Below, in pieces: positions 14,112-23,632 of a DNA stretch of 64,000 nt (the first letter of the stretch is position 1; each line of letters opens with the position of its first letter). Where the stretch lies: NCBI GenBank assembly GCA_964016885.1, contig OZ024740.1:317812001-317876000 (forward strand), written 5' to 3'. This DNA is from Eledone cirrhosa (Eukaryota). Position numbers and translations under genes: made by a program. The notes under the pieces are model-generated. The model was not told the DNA's origin and made no database searches. It saw only the letters and a list, made by a program, of their open reading frames with translations.

Positions 14112-14451
14112 CGATGGTCGGCTGAAATGTTCATAGGCTGGCTATGAAGGAGTGATTCTAGATCTGTGAAATATGCATGCATTAATATTAATTTCAACTC
14201 TTATTAATAACAGCATTGTTTCTTATCAGGGACTATGTTGAAACATAAACCTCATTTGGTCATTCCATGAGAGTATCTTGGTCAGCCTATGAAAGAGTGA
14301 TGCTAGGGTTGTGAAATCTTGCACGCATTAATTTCAACTCTTATTAATAACTGCATTGTTTCTTTCCAGGGACTATGTTGAAAAATAAACCTCATTTGGT
14401 CATTCCATGAGAGTATCTTGTTCAGCCTATGAACTTTTCAGCCGATCCTGG
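14112..14451 (+). mobile_element. Mariner-derived MITE with a tandemly duplicated interior
   Basis: 29-bp TIRs CGATGGTCGGCTGAAATGTTCATAGGCTG / CAGCCTATGAACTTTTCAGCCGATCCTGG followed by TA. Two internal units (145 and 140 bp) are delimited by CTATGAA at 14142, 14287 and 14427. Confidence 0.85.
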
Positions 14452-14996
14452 TATAACACTATTATCCTGTTATTTAGAGTCACCTAAGAATACATCATCC
14501 AATGTATACTTCTCCCTTTTGAAGATGTTAGGATGTGATTTCAGAAAAAACTTTGCTGCTATTTCTAGCAGGTCGAGTGCATGCGAAAATGTTTCCTTGC
14601 TGGTTCGTTAATGAATATTTTATTTACATGTGCAACAGACTGTAAAGAATATTTTAAACCTGTCAAACACATAAAACTCAATCTCACTTCTGTTTCCATA
14701 TAATTAAACGGATGAGAAACCTGCATTCCATCAGTAGATTACTGCAGGTTTCTTTCACAAAAAACTCTTCTGCATAGATTGAACATCAGCATGTGAGTAA
14801 CGAATATGCTAGGAAGTCAGCCTCTCATTTCATCTTAGTGATTAGCTTGTACTTTTTTTTTATTGCCTTTCCATCGATCTCAAAACTTGGAGAGATTTGA
14901 AGTATAGAGTCGTTGACAAGTATTATTTTTAACGCTCTTATCTCAGTGCCATTTTTACTATTCCCCCACAAGAAACATTATTCATACTCTAATATA

Positions 14997-15070
14997 CAGA
15001 TTGTCCCACAAAAATATATACACGTTGATTAGATAGGCTGATGTGTGTATACATTTTGTGGGACACTCTG
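14997..15070. mobile_element. 74-bp Tc1/mariner-type mini-MITE
   Basis: TA|CAGATTGTCCCACAAAAATATATACAC ... GTGTATACATTTTGTGGGACACTCTG|TA: ~26-bp imperfect TIRs with TA duplication. Confidence 0.75.
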
Positions 15071-15561
15071 TATATAGGAATAGCTTATTCCTAGCCTCAT
15101 CCTTTAGTTACCTCACTATTTTAGGAAATTGAGAACCTGAGTTGATTAAAAATAAAGAAGAAGCGATAAAGGTGTCTTCGGTTCTGAATGATAAGCCTTT
15201 CATTGTCTAGATATCTATTTCTGGCTCTGAAAATGTGTTTAGTGGATTAGGGTAAATTGTCCTTTCACATTCCTCTCTGTGCAATGTGAAATAGAATCAC
15301 GATTTAAAGATCTGCATGTTCATGATAATGTGATAAAATTGTTTTATTGCTTTATCACATATTTAACTATTTTCTTATTTTTAGAGGAATATCTCCACAG
15401 CGCTGAATAGTAATGATCATGCAAACTCTAGTCAGATGTTTCTAGAAGTCTAGCTTTCTGTTTTTCTTTTGAAGAAAAATTACAGAGGTAATTACAACTT
15501 TGCTGAAACATTAAACAGATATCTAGATAAAGAAAATGTATATTAATTTGTATCGTAAGTG

Positions 15562-15678
15562 TAGCGAAAGCTTAGTAGTTAGAGAAGTGGATTCACAATC
15601 ATGAGGTTGTCAGCTCATTTCCTGAACTGAGTGATGCGTTATGTCCTTGAGCAAGATATTTTATTTCACGTTGCTCTT
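15562..15678 (+). mobile_element. Degenerate tRNA-derived SINE, family B (CORE/V-like central domain)
   Basis: tRNA-like head (GCTTAGTAGTTAGAG...) followed by TGTCCTTGAGCAAGATATTTTATTTCACGTTGCTC. Homologous to the reverse copy at 21403-21717. Confidence 0.6.
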
Positions 15679-15837
15679 TCTGCTAGGAGTAGTTGCAACT
15701 GGTAGATAGTATAAGCAATTGGAAAAACAAATGGAAACATTGTTTCCTTCGTCAGATCTGACGAATTCCACCTCATTCGGTAAGCGAATGTGGTTGGATC
15801 TTGTCGTTCGGATTTAAAAAAAAAGCAAAAATAAAGC

Positions 15838-16240
15838 AGGGTAGCGGATTAACAGAATTGTTAAAGTAATGGAGAACATAATTCGTGGTATTTAGTTAGG
15901 GATTTTTTACGCTTGCGTTCAAATCTCGCCATAGTCAACTTTCTCATTCATTCTTATGGGGTCGATAAAATAATTGTTTCTACTTTTGGCACAAGGCCAG
16001 CAATTACCCATTGCATTACTGGTACTTTATTTTATCGACTCCGTAAAGATGAAAGGCAAAGTTAACCTCGGTGGGATTTGAACTCAGTCTGCAAAGGGAC
16101 GTAACTATGCTGCAAAGCATGGCGTCCGACTCTCTACCGATACTGCCAATCCACCACCGGTTAAGTATTCACTCAATATAATCAACTAACTTCTCCCCTA
16201 ACCCCAATTTCTTTCTGGCCTAGTGTCTATGTTAGAAACA
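15838..16240 (+). mobile_element. Old family A SINE split by a younger SINE insertion
   Basis: 5' part 15838-15970 has GTTCAAATCT and GGGGTCGATAAAATAA. The 3' part 16160-16240 ends CTGGCCTAGTGTCTATGTTAGAAAC, matching the tail of other copies. Confidence 0.6.
15970..16158 (-). mobile_element. tRNA-derived SINE, family A, full length
   Basis: Reverse complement aligns end to end with 19115-19309. Box A (TGGCAGTATCGG) and box B (GTTCAAATCC) are present. Confidence 0.9.
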
Positions 16241-16325
16241 CTTAAAGGATTGTGGAAATGGTGGGTGGCAAATTCCATATCGTGGTATTTAATTACGTTT
16301 TTATCGTTCTGATTTCACATTCTGC

Positions 16326-16583
16326 TAGGTCTATAATATAACGTACTAGACAAGTATTGATGTCGACTTAGGTCTATAATATAACGTACTAGACAAGTAT
16401 TGATGTCGACTTAGGTCTATAATATAACGTACTAGACAAGTATTGATGTCGACTTAGGTCTATAATATAACGTACTAGACAAGTATTGATGTCGACTTAG
16501 GTCTATAATATAACGTACTAGACAAGTATTGATGTCGACTTAGGTCTATAATATAACGTACCAGACAAATATTGAGGTTGATT
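16326..16583. repeat. 43-bp minisatellite, 5 identical copies plus 1 diverged copy, inside a degenerate family A SINE
   Basis: TAGGTCTATAATATAACGTACTAGACAAGTATTGATGTCGACT starts at 16326, 16369, 16412, 16455, 16498; the diverged copy starts at 16541. Confidence 0.95.
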
Positions 16584-16588
16584 TTAAC

Positions 16589-16979
16589 TAGAGGTTCTCA
16601 AAGTGGGCGCTACCCCACCGGGTGGAGACGTTGAGGAGGTCCAGAGGACATTGGGGAGGTCTAGGAAGCGTTGAGAAGGTCCAGAGGGCGCTGGGGACTA
16701 AGGGAGAGGTGGATGGGGGTGGTAGAGATGATATAATAGTATATTAAATATCAAATGATACATATATATATATATAGTAAAATTGAAATATATATTTATT
16801 TATACAGTATATATTATATTATTTATTATATATAAATTAACGATTTTATTTATTATATATTATTTGCAATTTGCGTGTAGGTAGTTCTCTTTGAAATTAG
16901 GGTGGGGTGGAGGGGCTCTGAGGGTATTACGTGGCCGTGAGAGGGTGGGTGGGGTGCACCAAAAGTTTGAGAATCTCTG
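16589..16979. mobile_element. hAT (Charlie-like) non-autonomous element
   Basis: TIRs TAGAGGTTCTCAAAGT / AGTTTGAGAATCTCTG resemble the CAGTGGTTCTCAAAC class. G-rich subterminal repeats, AT-rich centre. The 8-bp flanks ATTTTAAC / TTTTAAAA are an imperfect TSD. Confidence 0.7.
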
Positions 16980-17211
16980 TTTTAAAACGGTTACACCTCT
17001 TCTCTGAAAGATACGTGACATTGTTAAAAATTGTGTAAAATTTTCCTTATGACTAATATGTTTTTTTCTCTCCCTGAAAAGAGAAATTGTCTTAATATTC
17101 CATGTTTAAAAATGATTTATCAGAAATGGCTACATCAAGATTTTGACAATCATATGTAGCTTAAAGATCGAATTGGAGAAAAACACAAATAGATCAATAT
17201 ATTATTTCTGA

Positions 17212-17333
17212 CTAGGTCAACTTCGCATTTCATCATTCTGAGGTCGATAAAATTGAATACCAGTCAAATACTGGAGTCGATTTAATCAACTTTGCTCTTC
17301 CCCAAATTTGCTGGCCTTGAGCCTAAATTAGAA
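17212..17333 (+). mobile_element. 5'-truncated family A SINE with a perfect 19-bp target-site duplication
   Basis: Core GAGGTCGATAAAATTGAATACCAG and tail GCTGGCCTTGAGCCTAAATTAGAA. ATCAATATATTATTTCTGA occurs at 17193-17211 and 17334-17352. Confidence 0.85.
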
Positions 17334-17832
17334 ATCAATATATTATTTCTGAAATTATACTTTATCAGCAGAACTCTGAAGGATAAGCAAGAGAAAGAAA
17401 TAAAGAAATAAAGAAAAGATAATATCACGAAACCACGAAGCTTAATTGATAAACGCTTCTTAGTTGGACATCTTTTCAGCCAAGTATTCTTTTATTTGCC
17501 AAGGTATTCTGGGGAAAATAGATTTCTGGACATCTCTATTTGGAGTTTACAAGTACATTTTCGTGCAGAACAAATACAAATATTCCTATAAAATAGATAT
17601 GTATATTCTGTACACTGAAAACGTTTCATCTCATTAGTATGAACCAAAAAATCTTTGTAAATTCGGACTTTCTATTTTCACTATAGTAACTTCTCAGAAA
17701 TTGATTCCTACGTTTGATTCATTATTTCATTTCCACATGGTGTCAGCAATTTTCTTCTTTCAAAGTTGCTGATGTGGCTATTTCTTAGACAATAGCTTTT
17801 AGCAACTCAAAGAGGAAGCCTTTCAATTGTAG

Positions 17833-18128
17833 GCTGTTCTGTTAGAAATCTCAAACAAACCACATTCAAATTATACTCTCCCACTGACTTAAAAATAGAA
17901 GAACATGATGGATAATGGAGCTATAGATATACAAAACACCACTGGGCCTTGATTTGCGCGTTCAGAGTCGATTTGAAGCTGTTCTGTTAGAATTCTCAAA
18001 CAAATCACATTCAAATTACACCCAACTGACTTAAAAATAGACCACATAGGATAATGCAGCTATGAATATACAAAACGCCATTGGACCTTGGTTTACTCGT
18101 TGAGGGTGAATTTTAGACTAAACAACAA
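17833..18128. repeat. Diverged ~145-bp tandem duplication (2 copies)
   Basis: GCTGTTCTGTTAGAA..TCTCAAACAAA.CACATTCAAATTA starts at 17833 and 17978. The copies stay collinear through ATATACAAAAC.CCA.TGG.CCTTG. Confidence 0.85.
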
Positions 18129-18244
18129 GAATAGTTCTAGAAGGTCTGAGCCACTGCCTAAAATATCGAACATATTCTGAGTCGTTTTTATTTGTTCTAA
18201 TAAATAGGTTATCTCTTTTAATAGGATCAGCTTTTTAGAGATGA

Positions 18245-18515
18245 GGTTTCAATGGCTGCTATGCATGACTGCGGTTTTGAACTGATTGACCACTCCCCCT
18301 ATTCACCTGATTTGGCTCCATCTGACTATCATCTGTTCCCCAACATTAAAAACACTTGGTTAGGGACCAGTATCACAGTGATGATGACGCCATATCTGCT
18401 GTTGATGACGTTTTTGACCAACAGAATGAAAGCTTCTTCAATGTGATCAAAGCACTGACCAAGATTCTGTCATGGAATGACCAAATGAGGTTTATTTTTC
18501 AACATAGTCACCTTT
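18245..18515 (+). pseudogene. Mariner (D,D34D) transposase C-terminal fragment, frameshifted, with its 3' end inverted
   Basis: ORF 18252-18446 has GFELIDHSPYSPDLAPSDYHLF (mariner YSPDLAP motif). It continues in another frame as QYHSDDDAISAVDDVFDQQNESFF. 18455-18515 is the reverse complement of KGDYVEK* plus the 3' UTR. Confidence 0.9.
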
Positions 18516-18561
18516 GTCCGACGCTCTACCGATACTGCTAATTCCCCACCCTAATAATAAC

Positions 18562-18780
18562 AATAATTGTTTCTACTATAGGCACAAGGCCAGCAATTTG
18601 AAGAGGGGGGGGGGGTCAATTAAATCGACCCCAGTGCAATACTGGTACTTTATTTTATCGACCCCGTAAGGATGAAAGGCAAAGCTAACCTCGGCAGGTT
18701 TTGAACACAAACCATAAAGAGCCGTATTTATATACCACGAAGCATGGTGTCTCATGCTTTACCGATACTGCCAATTCACC
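18562..18780 (-). mobile_element. tRNA-derived SINE, family A
   Basis: Reverse complement of the family A head, core and tail. A further head remnant lies at ~18517-18552. Confidence 0.85.
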
Positions 18781-19114
18781 AATCATAATAATGACACCCC
18801 ATAAAAGCCTCTGCTGGATATTGTGAATTGCTGAGTACCTAGCTACGGACTGCCTATTCTCAATGAGCTCCACAAAATATAATGAATGAGAGCCTGCAAG
18901 AAAAATGTCAGCCACAATCAAATTTGAAACCGCTCACTGACGAAGTTCTGTAAAAACTTGTATTAAAAAAACGTTCATGCTTTAGGAGTAAGATAATAAT
19001 TTGCTTAGATCACCCGATAGGTATAAATAAATGTTATTAGTAGTACTGCTTGTCTTGTGAAATTAATAATGAGTCAAAATCCGTACAAATCGATGACGTA
19101 ATAGTCACGCCATT

Positions 19115-19309
19115 GTGCGGTGGAGTGGCAGTATCGGTAAAGCGTCAGACACCATGCTTTGCAGCATAGAATTATAGCCCTTTACATTCTGAGTTCAAAT
19201 CCAGCTGAGGTTAACTTTGCCTTTCATCCTTACGGGGTCTATAAAATAAAGTACCAGTAATGCATTGGGGGTTATTGCTGACCTTGTGCCAAAAGTAGAA
19301 ACAATTATT
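19115..19309 (+). mobile_element. tRNA-derived SINE, family A, full length
   Basis: Box A TGGCAGTATCGG (19126-37) and box B GTTCAAATCC (19193-202). Central GCCTTTCATCCTTACGGGGTCTATAAAATAAAGTACCAG (from memory resembles the Meta/MESC-type SINE domain). Tail CCTTGTGCCAAAAGTAGAAACAATTATT. Confidence 0.9.
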
Positions 19310-19474
19310 TCAGTCACTCAGCATTTAACGTTTTCTTTACAAATGTCAAAGGAAAAATTGTGAAATGCATAAAAATAACCAACTCTGTAATGGTTTGTAC
19401 TAAATAAATAAGTAAATAAACAAATGAATAAAAACAAATGATTAACTTTGTAAAGAAGTAAATGTAAAATACGA

Positions 19475-21076
19475 ATGTCTTATTTGAAAGGATTTGATTG
19501 CAGTTTATGGAAAAGGCAATCTATTTGGCGAAATATAAGTACTACAAATGAACAAGTAAATAAAGAACTGAAAGAGGCTCTGTGCTTAGACAAACTAACA
19601 TTTTTTAAAAAAGAATGTCTTAGCAAACACCAATCTCTTTTGAAAAGGATATACCAATGAGAATATTTCCCTGACGTTAGTAAGGTATGAAGTGTAGGAT
19701 ATAATTGCTAAGAGATTGAAATCAGACAGAAATCAAATGTACGTTTATACACATCGAGTTACACATTTATACACATCGGCTGTACAAATTGTAATTCAAC
19801 AAAAGTCAGATTGTTTGTGAATATTAGTTTAACACGGAAACAGTTATTGACATTATAAACGTTATGGCTAACGATATTCAAGTATTCTTGAAACAAACGC
19901 CATCAGAATATGTATTCTATTCGATAGCTTTAGATATGTTACAGTTGGTTATATTTATATATAAGATATGTCTTTTTCGATATGGGATAACAACAAATTT
20001 TACGACAGGAGAAGATTCCCTTGCTTTAAAATGAAATTGTGGGATTAACAGAGGTAAACATTTTATTTTCGAAGGTCAAATCAACAATAAATGATTTCCG
20101 TTTAAACCCCAGCTCCCAAAACTTTAACTGCGTAGTTACATGTATGGTTCCATCTCAAAAAAGACTTTTTCCCTTAATTAATAAAGAATTTGAGAAAATC
20201 AACAAAATTCTGATAATTTAATGGCATCCCGATACTTTATTCACCATTAACATATCTATGTGTACATTATCATAAAATATACAAAGTAATGAAATTGTAA
20301 CGAAACGTATTAACTTCATAAAAACTAATGGATTTAACGACAGAATATATTTTTTAATTTCAAGGACCTCGAAGAAGAATATGGAATTTAGTATCACATT
20401 GTGAGGTTATTGGTTAAGCAAAGAACTTCCACGAACTGGTAAATGTATTATTTTAAAACTAGAAGATCAAAAATAAACGGTTTGTGATTTATCATTTTTG
20501 GATGATATCACTAAAATTTAGATTGCAGGAGCTGAATTAGATAGTTCACTCTCTTTTCTTTCTTTTTTGGTGATATTAAGAGCTTTGGATCAGGATGTTA
20601 TTGTTTATAAGGCGACTGAAAACAATCACTTCATGCTATATTTTCCAACACAATTTAAATGGAATATAGTCATGAGTATTTCAATCTTTTGAATCAGTTT
20701 CAAAAAGTTTCGAGATCCATAAAATAATGGACTTGAGCTTGGAATATGTTAGCTCCCCTTTGATGAAGTTTCTGATTGAAGATAAAGCTTCTCATTCCTT
20801 GAAAACTGATTTGATATATTTAAATCGCGTAATACTTTGATATATAATGTTAATATATCGCCTATTTTAGAATTTTAAAATCCTATATAGATAATGAAAA
20901 ATATCCACTTTGTGGATATTACACACGTAAAATTGTCTCATTGTTATCTATCATTTATCAATGTGAACAGTTTTTCTCAACATCAAATTTATCCAAAATT
21001 CACGTGCGTACTAGACATTTGGATAATAAATATTGAAAATAAAATTAAAATTGCTGCATCATCAGTCTCTTGCTAA
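19475..21076 (+). pseudogene. Heavily decayed hAT transposase (Charlie/SPIN/GTF2IRD2-like)
   Basis: Collinear motifs across frameshifts: YSIALD..QLVIFI (19918-59), INFIKTNGFN (20309-), DLEEEYG (20365-), HCEV.WLSK (20397-), CDLSFLDDIT (20483-), YQCEQFFS (20956-79). Boundaries are approximate. Confidence 0.8.
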
Positions 21077-21209
21077 TCAGTATTTTTAATTTAGTTAATG
21101 TCTAGTTAAGTCTAAAACAACATGGCGACTGAAAATAGTCATATAGTGGATACCTATAAAACTAGTTCATTTTAAAAATAGCCAGTTTATTCTAACTAAT
21201 TTGATATTA

Positions 21210-21385
21210 TATCGGCAGAGCGACAGACACCATGCTTTGCAGCATAGAGTTACGGCCCGTTACGGTCTGAGTTCAAATCCCGCCGAGGTTAACTTTGCCT
21301 TTCATCCTTACGAGGGCGATAAAATAAAGTACCAGTAATGCACGGGGTAATTGCTGGCCTTGTGCCAAAAGTAGAAACAATTATT
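21210..21385 (+). mobile_element. Family A SINE, slightly 5'-truncated
   Basis: Close match to 19115-19309, with box B GTTCAAATCC. Confidence 0.9.
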
Positions 21386-21402
21386 ATGATATTTATTAGT
21401 TA

Positions 21403-21717
21403 GTTAAAGTCTGTTCTAAACCGAAGGCTCATCAGGCGGGTGGCCATCTTCGGTTTGTTTGGCGTTAAGCGACTGAGAGTACAAGACTCTTCCCTGGATA
21501 GAATGAGGACCAGACTCTCCCTGGATAGGACATCGGTCTATCGCAAAATTAACTCCTCAGCTATTGCTGGTACACACTATCAGCTGAGTGTACTGTATTA
21601 ACCTGAAATAAAGTGTTTTGTTAAAAAAACAACAACACACAACCCGGTTCAGGAATTGAACCGACAACATTACAATAGTACATGAAACATCCTAACCATT
21701 AGGCCATGCACCTTCAC
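21403..21717 (-). mobile_element. tRNA-derived SINE, family B, near full length
   Basis: Minus strand: TGGCCTAATGGTTAGG (box A), GGTTCAATTCCT (box B), AAAACACTTTATTTCA..CACTCAGCTG core, and a 3' stem-loop tail GCCTGATGAGCCTTCGGTTT of the L2-like kind. Confidence 0.7.
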
Positions 21718-21771
21718 ATATTGTTTAGAGGATATAATCAAACTCCATGTCACAATGACTGACAAATTGAA

Positions 21772-21992
21772 CCCTTTTGATACCAGCTCTCCCAAAACCG
21801 CCTCTGGTTCTATAAAACAAAACCACCCTTTTTAAAGGGGATCCTATTTAAATAAAAAGCTTCCAATATAATTTGACGCAAAGTCCTTTGTTAAATTACA
21901 TTACAAATAAAATTTTAATAAGGAAATAATTATTTTAGTAATATCCTCCAAATTCTCCATTAATTAACTCAAATATTTGAGTAATGAAAGGG
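21772..21992. mobile_element. piggyBac-like MITE
   Basis: TGAA|CCCTTTTGATAC ... GTAATGAAAGGG|TTAA: CCC/GGG ends with a TTAA-type target (left copy has one mismatch). Confidence 0.6.
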
Positions 21993-22541
21993 TTAAGGAT
22001 TGGCCATACATGGCAACTTCAGAATAATACCATTTAGTATTTTGATAGCCAAAGATTTATGAGAATAGGTGTGTTTACGGGCGAAATTGAATTTTTTTGT
22101 GTGTACTTTTTTTGAAAAGGATAAGATATATATCAAACACATATTAAAACAGAGACTGCACTTATTCACACTCTCCTCATTTAAATTAAACGAAAATTAT
22201 ATGTATTAAAACATTAAATATTACAAAGGATAAAACACTTAATCGTTCCACCCCATTTCAAAATTAAGGAATGTAATAACGATGAAACGATATATACGAA
22301 ACAATATACGTTTTAAAAAAGAAATATAATAGAAATATTAAAAATAATAACGCACTTATTGAGACTACTGTATTGCCATTCTCCGTATCACTAATCTGAA
22401 TTACAAATTATCACTTGTTTGTGAAAGCTTTTTGATTAAGACCGTTTATAATGAAATCATTCTAAATATTGATACAGGCGGAAAGACGAATAATTGGCGC
22501 TTCACGCATACATTTATACATAAATACACATACATACATAC

Positions 22542-23146
22542 ATGGTGGCTGCCAACTCGTTTTCGAGTACGGCCACTACTTTATATCCATGTAGGAGAAC
22601 CCCTATCGATGCGCTGAACGAGTGACTTTTTAGTCCAGCAAGCGACTTGAAAACTCTGGTACAAACACTATATTTGTGACAATTATTGACACTTGTGCTG
22701 GGCCCATGGTACCATGTGACGACAAGTGCAGAGAGATCTCCAGATATAAAGCAATGCCTGTGCCGTGAAGCTTTTATAGTGAGCAAAGGCACTGCACAAA
22801 GCCAGCCCCACTCTCTTAACCAAGATGATATTTACCAAAAAGAAGAACAAGTCAACATCATTGGATACCATCAGAGTTGCAGGTGTTATATCAGAGTTTT
22901 CCTTCTCCTAGAATTCTGCCTTGACAAAGGCTAAGGGGTCATCTCTTCCGGTGGTTTTGGATGGCCATTGACCCTTAAGAGCTCCTTTGCCCTTTGACAT
23001 GTTTTATTTTTAGTCCTGCAGGATGTCCAAAGTCACCCTCCTCACCAAGAAACCTTGGTGGGGTTGCCAGTTTAGTCGCCAACGACCCGACCATGGGACA
23101 GGTTGTACTGGAATACATGTTACCAGTAGCACCAACTGGTGACCTG
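22542..23146 (-). mobile_element. Internally deleted RTE-like non-LTR element (~600 bp)
   Basis: Minus strand: 5'UTR-like CTAGGAGAAGGAAAACTCTGA (RTE-type motif, from memory), C-terminal zinc-finger remnant SVCTRVFKSLAGLKSH, and hairpin CTCGAAAACGAG running into a (TATG)n tail. Confidence 0.6.
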
Positions 23147-23149
23147 AAA

Positions 23150-23322
23150 ATATATATACATACATACATACATACATACATACATACATACATACATACA
23201 TACACATACATACATACATACATACATACATACATACATACATACATACACACACATACATACATACATACATACATACATACATACACACATACCATAC
23301 TGTATGTATGTATGTATGTATG
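23150..23322. repeat. (TACA)n microsatellite followed by an inverted (TATG)n run
   Basis: Directly visible; polarity flips at ~23300. Confidence 0.95.
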
Positions 23323-23444
23323 GTCACGTAACTCCTGATGGAGTCGTAGGGGCGCCGTGTGGTATACTGCGTTTCTTGGGTTGCTTTTTAAATCCAGACG
23401 GAGCCTATCCCTCTGAACACAACGAATTCCTTCCAGAGCAGGCT

Positions 23445-23470
23445 AGAGAGAAAGAGAGAGAGAGAGAGAG
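23445..23470. repeat. (AG)n microsatellite
   Basis: Directly visible. Confidence 0.9.
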
Positions 23471-23473
23471 GAA

Positions 23474-23632
23474 CAATCGATCCCCAGTACTTGACTGGTA
23501 CAGTTTATCAACCTCAAAATGGTGAAAAGCAAAGTTGATCTCGGAGGGATTTGAACACAAAGAGCAGAGAGCCAGAATGAATATCGCAATAAATTCTATC
23601 TGACAATCTAACGACTCTACGAATTAGAATCT
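23474..23632 (-). mobile_element. Degenerate family A SINE whose head is the first satellite monomer
   Basis: AATCGATCCCCAGTACTTGACTGGTAC..GCAAAGTTGATCTCGGAGGGATTTGAAC (box B complement at 23547-56) is collinear with 16020-16158 and 18624-18780. Confidence 0.8.

Noticed and set aside
13884-14197. His/Thr-rich ORFs here, and the VCMY / YIHT ORFs at 22975-23338
   Set aside because: These are translations of (TG)n and (TACA)n microsatellites.
15749-15795. 18-bp palindrome TTCGTCAGATCTGACGAA and hairpin CATTCG-GTAAG-CGAATG
   Set aside because: No complete hammerhead or HDV fold. Probably part of a decayed SINE tail.
16326-16583. CRISPR-like array of 43-bp repeats
   Set aside because: Units are head-to-tail with no unique spacers, there are no cas genes, and the context is eukaryotic.
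18924-18962. GAAAC...CTGACGA-AGTT..AACT hammerhead-like words
   Set aside because: GAAA lies on the wrong side; stem II is followed by TGTA, so the core cannot be completed.
19115-19205. tRNA gene
   Set aside because: Box A and B are present but there is no cloverleaf, and the sequence continues into a repeated SINE body.
21405-21440. Minus-strand CTGATGAGCCTTCGGTTT as a hammerhead
   Set aside because: No GAAA after the stem and no stem I/III. Better explained as the SINE 3' tail stem-loop.
23030-23146. HDV-like ribozyme at the 5' end of the RTE-like element
   Set aside because: A P4-like hairpin and CTAA-ACTGG are present, but I could not build P1/P3/P1.1 in the required nested order.
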